From Octopus vulgaris (lineage: Eukaryota): a DNA stretch of 64,000 nt. Below, one piece after another: positions 29,775-43,169 of this stretch (the stretch's first letter is position 1; every line of letters starts with the position of its first letter). The stretch spans positions 55,924,001-55,988,000 of the forward strand of contig OX597819.1 of assembly GCA_951406725.2 (NCBI GenBank). Direction: 5' to 3'. The notes under the pieces were generated by a model that worked only from the letters and a program-made list of their open reading frames with translations, made no database searches and was not told the DNA's origin. A program made the translations under genes and the position numbers.

Positions 29775-30001
29775 GCATATATATATCTGTATTTATGTAC
29801 CCTTGATATATTCAATTGATGACGGTAAAGCTTATCTAAAGCAGAACCAGAAATCCTTGGATCTTGAATTATTCAATAATTTTTGCTTGTATGTTTTGTC
29901 CCTCCGCTTTACCTCATGGTGCGATATGAACATTTAACGTGGTACTATAGTCAGTGTTTCGACTGTATTTTCGGCATGTTGGTGTCTTTAGACACCCTCA
30001 T

Positions 30002-30009
<8 letters not shown>
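29517..30009. repeat. Large inverted repeat (about 220-bp arms) with a (TA)n-rich spacer
   Basis: AATTAAAAATGAGGGT..GTACATAAATA versus TATTTATGTAC..ACCCTCATTTTTAATT; only a few mismatches seen. Confidence 0.93.
29810..29869 (+). ncRNA. Hammerhead ribozyme-like motif, U3.G8 variant (inverted copy at 29658-29717)
   Basis: ATTCAA TTGATGA CGGT..GCTT ATCT AAAGC..ACCA GAA ATCC TT GGAT C TTGAAT; 6-bp stem I, AUC triplet. Confidence 0.68.
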
Positions 30010-30046
<37 letters not shown>

Positions 30047-30248
30047 AAATAGAAAGATGAATAATCTTGTAGCAGATTAATCAAAAGTTTAACCGTTACC
30101 TTGGTAGCAAAAATCACAGCAGAAGACAGCACGGTTGGAGGTACAACCATATGGTGTTGCAACCGTGCGTTGGTGCGGATAATTGAATATTAATATTATT
30201 AGTGAATTGAAGAAATGGAGCTGAACGAAGATTGAACAGAGATCGTTT

Positions 30249-30341
30249 TATTTCATTCTACACGTGTTTCGAAAGGCACAATTTACCAAAATCCGATTGA
30301 ATAATGAGACCATATTGTGTCTTTCTCTTCAGGAAGAAATA
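30249..30341 (-). ncRNA. Type I hammerhead ribozyme with canonical core
   Basis: Minus strand: TATTTCTTC CTGAAGA GAAAGACACAAT...ATTGTGCCTTTC GAA ACACGTGT A GAATGAAATA. Stem I, CUGAAGA, 12-bp stem II with one mismatch, GAAA, palindromic stem III, GUA triplet. Confidence 0.85.
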
Positions 30342-30420
30342 GGAAATCCGTTGGAAAAAAACAAAAACAGAACAGAGGCGGAGCAAAACAAATCGAACTA
30401 GGCCATATATATATAAAGTT

Positions 30421-30755
30421 GTGAAGGCGCATGGCTCAATGGTTAGAGCGTCGAGCTTACGATCGTGAGGTTGTGAGCTCGAATCCCGGACGGGGCTGCG
30501 TGTTGTGTTCTTGAGCAAGACACTTTATTTCACGTTGCTCCAGTTCACTCAGCTGTAGAAATGAGTTGCGACGTCACAGGTGCCAAGCTGTATCGGCCGT
30601 TGCCTTTCCCTTGGATAACACTGGTGGCGTGGAGAGGGAGACCGGTATGCATGGGCGACTGCTGGTCTTCTATAAACAACCTTGCCCAGACTTGTGACTA
30701 AGAGGGTAACTTTCTAGGTGCAATCCCATGGTCAGTGTCGTGACCGAAGGGGGTC
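30421..30755 (+). mobile_element. tRNA-derived SINE family D; other copies at 27827-28160(-), 11025-11270(+), 37050-37210(-, decayed), 48550-48620(+, head only)
   Basis: GTGAAGGCGCATGGCTCA.TGGTTAGAGCG..CTCGAATCCCGG head; TGTGTTCTTGAGCAAG.CACTT core; the 27.8-kb and 30.4-kb copies are near-identical and inverted. Confidence 0.85.
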
Positions 30756-31334
30756 AACAACAACAACAAATATAAAGTTAATCCAAACAAGAAAGCACAA
30801 AAGACACAACAACGCGAGGACGTGGGGACGCTCAGGAAAGAAGGAGGGTTTAACGTTTCGAGCGGAGCTCTTCGTCGGAAACATAGAAGGGAAGACAGAG
30901 GGGAAAAAATCGCCAACGGTACACACGCGGTCACATTTTATTTATATATATATATATATATATATGCATGCACACACGCGTAAACACACGCACATATATT
31001 AATGCCCTTTTTCTTAGCTAAGAAGAAGGGGAGGGAGGCACATGGACAAGTGGTTAGAGCAGCGGATTCGCGGTCGAGGGATCGCGGGTTCTAATCTCAG
31101 ACCGGGCGATGTGTATGTTTATGTGCAAAACACCTAAGCTCCACGCGGCTCCGGCAGAACGTAGTGACGAACTTCCGCTGACTATTTCGCCACAACTTTC
31201 TCTCACTCTTTCCTCCTGCATCTTGCAGCTCACCTGCGACGGACCGACGTCCCGTCCAGGTGGGGAACCTATACGCCAAGGAAACCGGGAAACCAGCCCC
31301 TATGCTCCACAAGGGGCAAAAAGGATTAAGAAGA

Positions 31335-31380
<46 letters not shown>

Positions 31381-31496
31381 TGAATAAGGGTAGAAATTGA
31401 TATTAATCAATCAAAACCAGTGGCCTAGCATATTAAAAAAATCCGAAGATTAAAATATTTTTACATACAAAATTTAAAGGACTGACCACTAAAAGT

Positions 31497-31565
<69 letters not shown>

Positions 31566-31569
<4 letters not shown>

Positions 31570-31811
31570 GGGTCTGTGGGAAAACTCATTGAAATATAAG
31601 GGTTGGGAACCGCTGTTGGGCACCACTGGCTTAGAAGTAGCTATTTTTTTTCGCCCTCTATACATTTCTCAGTAACACACAGAAGCATTTGTCACGGAAG
31701 TAGACACTTTTGGACTTCGTTCAAAATTTGGATCTGGTGCTTAAAAAATAAACTCGTAAATCCTGGGGACTCGTAAAGCGGATCCTCGTAAAGGGAGGTA
31801 TTATTGTATAT
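31566..31811. mobile_element. Adjacent DNA-transposon ends (hAT-like and pogo/Tigger-like)
   Basis: AAGGGTTGGGAACCGCTG (hAT-type end) near 31600-31615; CTCGTAAA repeats followed by GAGGTATTATTG|TA near 31797-31810. Confidence 0.45.
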
Positions 31812-32165
31812 AGAAATGGTTTAACGCACATTAGGCTAAATTTAGGTAGGTCTTTGAAATGACTTATGCAATTAGCAAACATTTAAATAGTATATACTTG
31901 TTTGTCGTGTTCTGTTTGAAATGTAGGAATAATGAGTTCCTGAATTCCATGGAGAGTGTTTTTATTATACTCTTTACTCTTTTACTTGTTTCAATCATTT
32001 GACTGCGGCCATACTGGAGCACCGCCTTTAGTCGAGCAAATCGACTCCAGGACTTATTCTTTGTAAGCTTAGTACTTATTCTATCGGTCTCTTTTGCCGA
32101 ACCGCTAAGTTACGGGGACATAAACACACCAGCATCGGTTGTCAAGCGATATTGGGATGGAGAGA

Positions 32166-32233
<68 letters not shown>

Positions 32234-32467
32234 TATACATATACATATATACGTCAGGCTTCTTATATACATATATACGTCGACCCGAGGCTATAGTAGA
32301 AGACACTTGCCCAAGGTGCCACACAGAGGGACTGAACCCGGAACCATGTGGTCCGTAAGCAAGCTACTTACCACACAACCACACCTGCGCCTATATAAAG
32401 TTATTTGCAGTTGTTCCTACATTAGTTTTTTCCAGTATCTTGGTCACTGTATAATAAATCTAATGTT

Positions 32468-32680
32468 TAATCTTTTCGCATTTAAACCGGCCATATCAGG
32501 GCCAAATCCTCTATCTGAATTATGCTCAAACTAACCAGATCCTACATCTCACACCTATCCGACAATGTCATTCTAAAATTGTACAATCTCAGTACTACGA
32601 GATAAAGCGTGATTAATTCAAAATAATGTGAATAAATAAGCATTACATTTGACAGAGTAATGTGAACGCTAAAGGGTTAG
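32468..32680. mobile_element. piggyBac-like MITE (degenerate)
   Basis: TTAA|TCTTTTCGCATT ... AACGCTAAAGGG|TTAG ends. Confidence 0.5.
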
Positions 32681-33406
32681 ATATGTTGAATAGCTTCGAT
32701 TTTTAGCAGGGGGCCAACGATTTTGAGTCGATTACATCTATCCCCAGTGATTCACTGGTAATTAATGAGGATGAAAGGCAAAATCAAATTCAGTGGAGTT
32801 TGAGTTCAGAACGTGAAAGCCGGACGAAACAGTGTTAAGTGTTTTCCCACCAGGTCACCGCCCTCGCAAGTTGAAATATAATTCCTATTTTCAAGTGAGT
32901 TGGAATGTTTTCGAGTAGTGTACGAGTTTTTTCTATTCTAGTCAAAATAGCGATTAAGAATAGACAGGAAATTATGACGGAATGGCGTGTGTGTGTGTGG
33001 ATTTGTCAGAGAGAGGGAGAGAGAGAGAGAGAGAGAAAAGGAGAAAGGAAGAGAGAGAAAAGGAGAAAAAGAGAAAGGAAGAGAGAGAGAGAAAGAGAAG
33101 AAAAAGGAGAGAAGAGAGAGAGAGAGAGAGAGAGGGAGACAGAGAGACTAATTGAAAGACTTTTATCACGCAATGCACTCACCAAACATCAAATCAAATG
33201 CTTTCTAATATAACAGCGTACACATCTATCATTATTACGATAATTTACTGGAAGTATATTCAGTTTCATTCGTAAAGTCAACTGATACGCTAAACAAAAG
33301 GCGAAAGGCAGGTTTTCCTATTACTTATTAATTAATTTATTTGAATATGTGAGCATGTGATTCGTGTCACCATTTATTTCACGTCTGTATTAAAGAAACA
33401 AGTATA

Positions 33407-34021
<615 letters not shown>

Positions 34022-34131
34022 CACAGGTGTGGCTGTGTGGCAAGAAGCTTGCTTCCTAAACCCATGGTTACTGGTTCAGTCCCACTGCATGGTTATGTGT
34101 GTGTATGTATGTGCGTAAATGTGAATGTGCT

Positions 34132-34183
<52 letters not shown>

Positions 34184-34199
34184 GATGTGAGTATGTCTG

Positions 34200-36360
34200 T
34201 TACGACTGTTCTCTCGTATCCAAAGAAGACTACAGAAAGAATTCTTTTGTCAACAACGCATCTTCAGACCTCTTCAAACACCAGATGATTATCTCCCTTT
34301 GCCATTTTTCATCGGTATTCGGCCGCGCCTCCACCTTATGATCATCAGAAAATCTCGAAGGTAAACGATTCTCTCCCTTCGGCCTAGAATGCAAGCATGG
34401 TTCGAAAATCTTCGTCCTGGAGTTCTCGACCGAGTCTGTAAGGATTCTCGTGCGTTCGGTAATGCATAATTCGCAACGTTTCGTCCCGTTGATGTAGCAG
34501 CCTGGGTCCTCGAGTATTTTCCATACGATCGGGTATGGCATCCCTTCGTCTCTTAGTTGCCAGATATGTCTGGCCAGTGATGACACGTATCTCATTTCGG
34601 AGACTCGGAAGGAAGACAGATGATTGTAAAGACGCTGTTTGAGAGAATTTCCAGTGCATCCCAGTATTTCTGTGGGCACGTGATGTCGGTGTGCTTGTTG
34701 TTGTAGGTGCTGTTGTTGCTGTTGCTGATACTGCCGGTGGTGTAGTCACTGATGGAGATGAGGCAGCTACTGTTGGTGTTAGTGTTGGCGTCGCCGAGGA
34801 TAGTGGTGGTGGTGGTGATGGTAATATTTTCGCCCCTGCGCATGTTTCCTGTACTGCAGTCGTTGCTATTGCTGCTGCTGTTGTTGTGGCTGTCGCTGCC
34901 GCTGGCACTACTGCAGATGCTGTTGTTCTTGATGGGGTCGGGGATGCTGGTATTGTCGGAGCCGGGGTGGTGCTGGCGATGGTGGAGGTGGTGGTGGCGA
35001 CGGTAATGCTATCGACACTGCTCATAATGGAGGAGTCGCTGTTGTTATTAATAATGCTGCTGCTGTTGTTGCCGTTATAGCCAGTGATGGAACTGGGCCT
35101 GTTGCTTCTGCTACTACTACTATAGTGGCAAACAGGTGTCGCATCGTGGACGTTGGGGAAGCTATTGGTAAGGCTGGAGTTGGTGGCGATGGTGCTGTGG
35201 ATGTCGGGGAAGCTATTAGTAAAGCTGGATTTGGTGGCAATACCGCTGCTGTTGTTGTTAGCGATGTTGCCATCCATTGTAGCGATGGTGGTGGCTGTGT
35301 TACTGACTCTGTTCTCATGCATACGGCTGTTAATGGTTTGTCCTGTTGGAACCTCGGCTTGATAGACGACCTCTTAGGTTTTGCAGCAGCCTCCTACCAG
35401 CCAACTGCTTCGGATCCTGCATGAACAACGCACTTCTTCCAGTGTCTTAGGGGCTAACTAGGATGCTCTTAATGTTGGGGTCGCAGTTAAACGAGACCCT
35501 AACGTTGTGCCTGTTGAAGATGGACCCGTATCTACAGGAGCTAATGAAATGCTTATCTATTAATTTAAGGAATAGTCTACCTACGAGTGTTATTGTGAAA
35601 AGGGAGTAGGGGGAGCAGACCAAATTTTAATTCTGCAGCACTTCCTTCTACGGCTGTTGGGTTCTGGAATGTAGGAGATGCGGATCCTAAACACGCTGGC
35701 AGCTAGGGCCTCATTATATTACGGGGCTGCTGCGTCGAAGGTTTCTTGACTAGAAGAAAGGTTCGAAATCCTCTTGCTGACGCTCTTTACCAGGTTCTTG
35801 AATACTATGGGTGGGTGACAGGAGGCTGTGTCACACAGCCTCTCGTTAGGTTTGCGGTAAGGCCTGTTAGAGCCCAGGTTGAGCGTGACGTTTAAGAAGT
35901 CCGCTGATGAGAGGTTGGCTTCTATGGTGATCTTCAATCCCATGGAAACAAACGCGCTTATTAAGTCTTTCCTAAGTTTATCAAGTGTATGGCCGCTTGT
36001 TCCTCTAGAGATGACGAGGGCGTTATATCTGTAGAGTCCAAAGAGGACAGGCTCCCATCGCTACGTCCTAGGAGCCCGTGGGGTCGGATTGTTTGACCCA
36101 TGCCAAGCCTTTGTTGAACAGCACTGTCTTCCTGGCCTATATGATAATCTCTACATCTTTGTCGCTAATGCTAGTGGAGCCCCTAGCTAAAGAAAGCGCC
36201 TTGATCAGTAGCCTTTTTGATACAGTCAGGTAAAAATCGAGTATATCAAATTGGGTGAACCTTTCCCTGCCTCTGCCTTTGTTCGCATCGAACTATGCGG
36301 TCACCTCGTTGGTGCTGCGTCACAGGGAAAGGTTCGTGTCTCTTCGTATCGGAGAAGTTG
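34200..36360 (-). mobile_element. Penelope-like retroelement, decayed (RT, thumb, linker, C-terminal GIY-YIG endonuclease)
   Basis: Minus-strand translation across frameshifts: QFDILDFY..LLIKALS..ARKTVLF..WVK; GLYRYN (decayed YRDD); GLKITIEAN..DFLNVTL..PYRKPN..HPP..RISNLSS; FNRHNVRVSFNCDPNIKSI; GCTGNSLKQRLYNHLSSF..LARHIWQL..W.IL..CELCITE..CLH. Clade not assigned. Confidence 0.9.
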
Positions 36361-39300
36361 GATAGTGTATTCCTAGATATATATTTTGGATAAAAGAGAG
36401 CCGGTCATGACGAGAACGCCTCTTATTACATTACAAATCTTCTCGATCGTTGATGACCTGGGGCTAAATAATTTCAACAAAATTAATTCATTACGCTGTA
36501 TTTAATTCTTTTACATCGACAAATAAGTGGAAATATTAATTTCCTCTATTTTAAGACTACGGTTTATAATGTTTGCAAAATATTTAAAATATTTAAGGTC
36601 TTTTAATTATTTCGGTTTCAAAGACAGATATTTGAAATGTCCATCTGGAAAGATGAACGTATTCTGTCAGTCTGTCGAATAAAGGCTTGCTCGTTAAATA
36701 TTCATTTTAAAGGAATTATAAAAATCTCACGAAGCTACATTTATTCTGCTTGTCTCTTCATTTATCTAAAGCAAAGCAAACTCTGCATTTCTGTTATTAA
36801 GAAAATTGGATTCTTTTAAAATCAAATAAACATCCATTAATATTTAATTCCTTTGGCGTAATTGATGTGGAAAGGGGAAAATGTTCTATATGGATAGGGC
36901 GGTCACCTTTCAAGGCTAATTTGCTAAGGATCGAACCCGCAGGTTGTAGTTTATTCATAACACGAGAACAGATCTTTTCCGTATTTTCAAAGTGTTTAAG
37001 ATGAGGGCACAAGACTCCGCCAACTTGAACGGACGTTAGTGTTAATCCCAAGGTAGAATTGGTGCTCATTTTATATAACAGTGTGAGCTGTAGCAACATG
37101 AAATGAAGTGCCAGTTTTCAAAGACACAACACGCTGTCTGATCCGAGAATCGAACCCATTACCTTAAAGATCGTGAGCTCAACATTTTAATCACTGGGGC
37201 GATGCATCTTCTAGGTATTTTAAACTTGGCATTTATACATAAATATTATGTGAACTGATGTAGTGTATAGCATGTGTGGTTTATCTAAAAACAACAACAT
37301 AGTTATAGGGGATTTGAAGATCACAAAAACAATACACAACGACCCTGACAAAGCAAGAGCAGAAGAAAGAAAGGGTTTGATAAAAATAAGTAACGGTAGC
37401 AAATCTGTGAAATAGGTAATAGGGGTCACGAAGGTGCAAGAAAAAAGTGGAAAATGTCCGGGGATGTGAAGAAAGAAAAACCCCTCAAAACTTAAAACGC
37501 AAACTATATCGGCAGTCGCCATGATAGATCGGTAGCCACACATTTTTTTCTCTCCTTGTTTTTATTCTGTGTCCCTTTCTGTAGAAGAGCGTAGGCTCGA
37601 AACGTAAAAGACTTTTTTCTATTCCTGAGCGTTATATTAATACATCTGTTTGTTTGTACACCACCTGCCTTCGTCTTTTGTTTTTTTCGGGAACTCTCCC
37701 CCTATATACATAAACCCCAAGGTGAACGGTTTTTGATCTGGAAGCCAAGTTGTTAATGCTGCACTTGTTTAGCCACAGGTCAGATGCGAAAGAGCAGATC
37801 TATGGTTAAAGTCCTTTCAGTTATGACCGTCGCATATTTTTCACACTTGGTATACCGGGAATTATGTGGATCCAATGTGTCTTTCTTTTTCCTTAAGATT
37901 GCAGGAAAGTTTTTAGATGCCATTTCTAATACTTGGAGTGCCCAGGTGGATGCCTCCTCTCCTCTCTCTTTCTTGACTTCTCAAGTCAAGCTTTTTGTTC
38001 CATGGGTGCAGCAGAAACAACGAAACATTAAATAGCTATAATGAATTCGAAAATTGTAGGTGATATATGCTTAAAACAGTCAGAAGTCTCAACTATACAC
38101 ACTTCAGTAGAAGGAAAGACAGGTTGGATAAAGGTAATTAGGAAGTTTGGCAATAAAAGTTTTGGAAGGTGAAGAGAGAAGGTTTGTATGAAGGTAGGAA
38201 GGGAAAAGGTTCACTTAAAAGAAAACCTTATGAAGCACAATTTCAAGGATTTTCGTATCAGGTTTATGGCCACTTTTGTTGGTGTGTGTGTGTGTGTGTA
38301 TGAGCGTAAGTATGGGTACGTATGTATGTGTGTGTGTGTGTGTCTGTGCGTACTTACGTACGTGTGTGTGTGTTTGTGTGTGTGTGTGTCAGTATTTGAT
38401 ACAAGCTTTAAGATAAGCAACAGACAATATTTGAATTTATGGGATTCACAGAACAACCTTCCAAACTGAATCGGATTATGAATATAGTGAAATTGTCGGT
38501 AGAAGTTCTCATGTCAAAAATTCGCTCGTAAAAACGATCTTTTCCATTTGTGTTCAGGATGCAGAAAATTAAAATAAGAGGAATAAAACGAAACAGAAAT
38601 AACTAGAAAAAGAAATGTTGTTGTTGTTGTGGGAATTCAAGCTACTGAGAGAGAAGTGCAGGCGAGCTGGCAGAAACGTTAGCACGCCGGGCGAGATGCT
38701 TTGTGGTATTTCGTCCGCCGCTGCGTTCTGAGTTCAAATTCCGCCGAGGTCGACTTTGCCTTTCATCCTTTCGCGGTCGATAAATTAAGTACCAGTGAAA
38801 CACTGGGGTCGATGTAATCGACTTAATACCTATGTCTGTCCTTGTCTGTCCCCTCTATGTTTAGCCCCTTGTGGCTAATAAAGAAATAGGTTTAACTGGA
38901 TAGCACGACTAAGATGGCGCTCTTTCCCCTCAAAATTGTTGAGATAGCTACACGTTACGCAGCTCGTTGGATAAAATCTGAGGATAAAATCTATGGTTTT
39001 GCGGTTATCCAGTGAAATTTGAGAAACCAAGGAAAATACATGGCAGTTGTAATGCAAGGAGCCCCCCGAAAAATACAGAATCCCTTTAAACATGTCATGC
39101 AATGTGATATATCTCACTTGAACTCTTATATTCTGTCATTATTATGTTACTACTAATTTAAAGAGTAACTGCGAATCATGTTTTTTAATTGCTTACTTTA
39201 GAGTAAAATTGGAATTAATCTTTTACTCTATTTTACTCTTTTACTTGTTTCTGTCATTTGACTGTGGCCATGCTGGAGCACCGCCTCTAGTCGAGCAAAT

Positions 39301-39504
39301 CGATCGACCCCAGGACTTATTCTTTGTAAGCCTAGTACTTATTCTATCGGCGGTTTCTTATGCCGAACCGCTAAGTTACGGGGACGTAAACACACCAGCA
39401 TTGGTTGTCAAGCGATGTTGGGCGACAAACACAGACACACAAACATATATACATACATACATACATACATACATACATCCATACATACATCCATACATAC
39501 ATAC

Positions 39505-39577
<73 letters not shown>

Positions 39578-40713
39578 TACGATGGGCTTCTTTCAGTTTC
39601 CGTCTACCAAATCCACTCACAAGGCTTTGGTCGGTCCGAGGCTAAGTAGAAGACACTTGCCCGAGGTGCTACGCAGTGGGACTGAACCCGGAGCCACTCC
39701 TGCGCCTATAAAAACTAAAAACTAACTAATGCACATTAAAAACTAACCAAACATTGATATCAATCAGCAACTCTTGTTCCAACTGCAATGCAATCGTCAA
39801 TAACTTAACTCCTGATAAAAATTACACATTTCATCGACATTATTATTAACAATGCACGCTGGGCAAAAAGTTTAGCGGTATTTCGTCTGCGCTACGTTCT
39901 GAGTTCAAATTCCGCCGAGATCGACTTTGCCTTTCATCCTTTCGGGATCGATAAATTAAGTATCAGTTGCGTACGGGGTTCGGGCTAATCGGCTGGCCAC
40001 TCCCACCAAAATTTCAGGCTTTGTGCCTAAAGTAAAAAAGAATGCTTAGGCGGCGAGCTGGCGTCTTGCCTTTCATCTTTTCGGAGTCGATAAAATAAGT
40101 ACCAGCTGAGCATTGGAGTCGAGTTAATCAACTTACTTCCTCTCCTAGTATGGCTGGTCTTGTGCCAAAATTTGAAACCATTATGATTAACAATGATAAG
40201 GCGGCGAGCTGGCAGAATCGTTAGCGCGCAGGGCGAAATGCTTAGCGGTATTTTGTCTGCCGCTACGTTCTGAGTTTAAATTCCGCCGAGGTCGACTTTG
40301 CCTTTCATCCTTTCGGGGTCGATAAATTAAGTACCAGTTACGCACTGGGGTCGATGTAATCGGCTTAATCCGTTTGTCTGTCCTTGTTTGTCCTCTTTGT
40401 GTTCAGCTCCTTATGGGTAGTAAAGAAATAGGTATTTCGTTTGTCTTTACGTTCTGGGTTCAAATTCCGCCGAGGTCGACTTTGACTTTCATCTTTTTGG
40501 GGTTGATAAATTAAGAACCAGTTACGCACTGGTGTTGATGTAATCGACTTAATCCCTTTGTCTGTCCTTGTTTGTCCCATCTATGTTTAGTCCCTTGTGG
40601 GCAATAAAGAAATGACTACATACTGTCCAAAAAGTAACCCTGGTATTATTTAATATGCTGGCCATTGATAAAATTTTTTTTCGAAAAATGTTATCCTATA
40701 TTATATATATATA

Positions 40714-40763
<50 letters not shown>

Positions 40764-40804
40764 CATACATATATATAAATACATACATATATATATATAC
40801 ATAC

Positions 40805-40848
<44 letters not shown>

Positions 40849-41008
40849 GGGGAGAGAGAGAGAGAAAGAAAAAGGCAGAGAAAGAGAGACAGGGAAAGAG
40901 AGAGAGAGAGAGAAAGAAAGAGAGAGAGTTGTCATCTACTTTTATAGTATAGAGCACAATATAAATGTACTGATGGTTGTGACGATAGTAATTGTAGTAC
41001 TTGTATAA

Positions 41009-41061
<53 letters not shown>

Positions 41062-41823
41062 GTAGTAGTAGTAGTAATAGTAGTAATAGTAGTAGTAGTA
41101 GTAGTAGTAGTAGCTGTAGTCAGTCTGAATAGGTTACTTTAAAATCTAACTGCAGTTTTCTCTCATTAAATCTGTTTGTCCCTTTTTCTAAACATGTACC
41201 GACTTGTCGCTAGAAAGGCGGCAATTTCAAGTCTATCGGATTTTTACTCGAACGATTGTGAAAGAAAAACTAAATATACATACATGTTTAATTTTTGGTT
41301 TTCGTTTCCATTCAGTATTATTCTGTCTTTAAGATCTATTAAAAACGATAGATTTTTCCGAATCAATAAATGTATAACACATGAGCAAATAATTTTTTTC
41401 TCTGTTGCACCCCAAAATATCTTCTCACTTCGTTTTCAATCTACTTTAATTGTGTTCTGGTTTTATAGAGGTGAATTAGGGGATTGATATTTTGAGGACA
41501 TGAAAAAGTTGGAAGGGTGGTTGAGAGATAGAAGAGGATTGAAAGCTGTGAAAATAAGTTACGTTAGGTTATGCTGAGATATTTTCGTTGTTGGTACATT
41601 TATCAAACATCTGCTTTTCGCAATCTTTCTTCTGCACCTCATTTCTTAATGTATGATTGTATCCCAGTACTTGTATATAGATACACACACTGGTTGTGTG
41701 GTAGGAAACTTGCTTCCCAACCACATGGCTCCAAGTTCACTCCCACTGCCTGACACCTTGGGTAACTGTCTTCTACTATAACTTCGGGCTGATTTGGTAA
41801 ACGGAAACTGAAAGAACCCCGTC

Positions 41824-41873
<50 letters not shown>

Positions 41874-42474
41874 GTATTTTATATATATATATATGTATAT
41901 GTGTACACAATATATATATATATATAATACATATATATATATACATATATATATATATGTATATATATATGTATTTTATATATATATATATATGTATATA
42001 TGTACACATATATATATATAAGATACATATATATATATACATATACATACATACATACATATATATATATATATCTGTGTGTGCGTGCGTGTTTTTATGC
42101 CAGTGTTTATTGCCCGCCGCCGCCGCTTGACAACAGGTGTTGGTGTGTTTACGTCCCCGGGACTTGGCGGTTCGTCAAAACAACAGACTTATAGTGTTAT
42201 GGTGTTATATTGTTATGCACAGTTAGTCGCAATGCGTTTCCTTGCATTGTTGGGGCTTTTGACGGATTCCCCACCGCTGGCTCGGCAGGCAGACCCAACA
42301 TTACCTTGAGCAGAACGCCCGTCCATTACAGGGTTATCCATTCAAAGGGAAATAAAATGTCTTGCACAAGAACACAGAGCACAGCCGGAAATCAAAACCA
42401 TGACGGTGCAATCGTAAGTGCAACCAACACTCATTACGCATGCTCACGAACACTCACGCGCACGTACACATCCA

Positions 42475-42589
<115 letters not shown>

Positions 42590-42983
42590 ATGTCTGCCTG
42601 TCTGTCTGTCTGTATGTCAGTTTGTCTGTCTGTCTGTTTGTCTGTCTATGTACACATTTACATTTACTTATCTACGGGCTTGTACACGCATACATACATA
42701 TATATACATAGGTGTGTACCGTTGGCGATTTTTTTCCCTAGTCTTCCCTTCTCTGGATCTTTCCTTCTCCTATGTTTCCGACGAAGAGCTCCGCTCGAAA
42801 TGTTGAACCCTCCTTCTTTCCTTCTTTCCTGATACTTCTTTCCAATAATACTATATTTGTTCCACGTCCTCGCGTTATTGTGTTTTTTTTGTGCTTTCTT
42901 GTTTGGATCAACTTTAACTATATATACATTGATATATGCATACAAACACACACGCGCGCGAGAGTTAATAAGCCGCATACACT

Positions 42984-43043
<60 letters not shown>

Positions 43044-43169
43044 CATGTGTGTGTGTGTTTGTCCCCCACCACCATTTGACGACTGGTGCTGGGGTTGTAG
43101 TAAAGCATCACCGTACCAAACCTTACTTCTTTAAGATACCTAGAATATACTAAAACACAGTAGTATATC

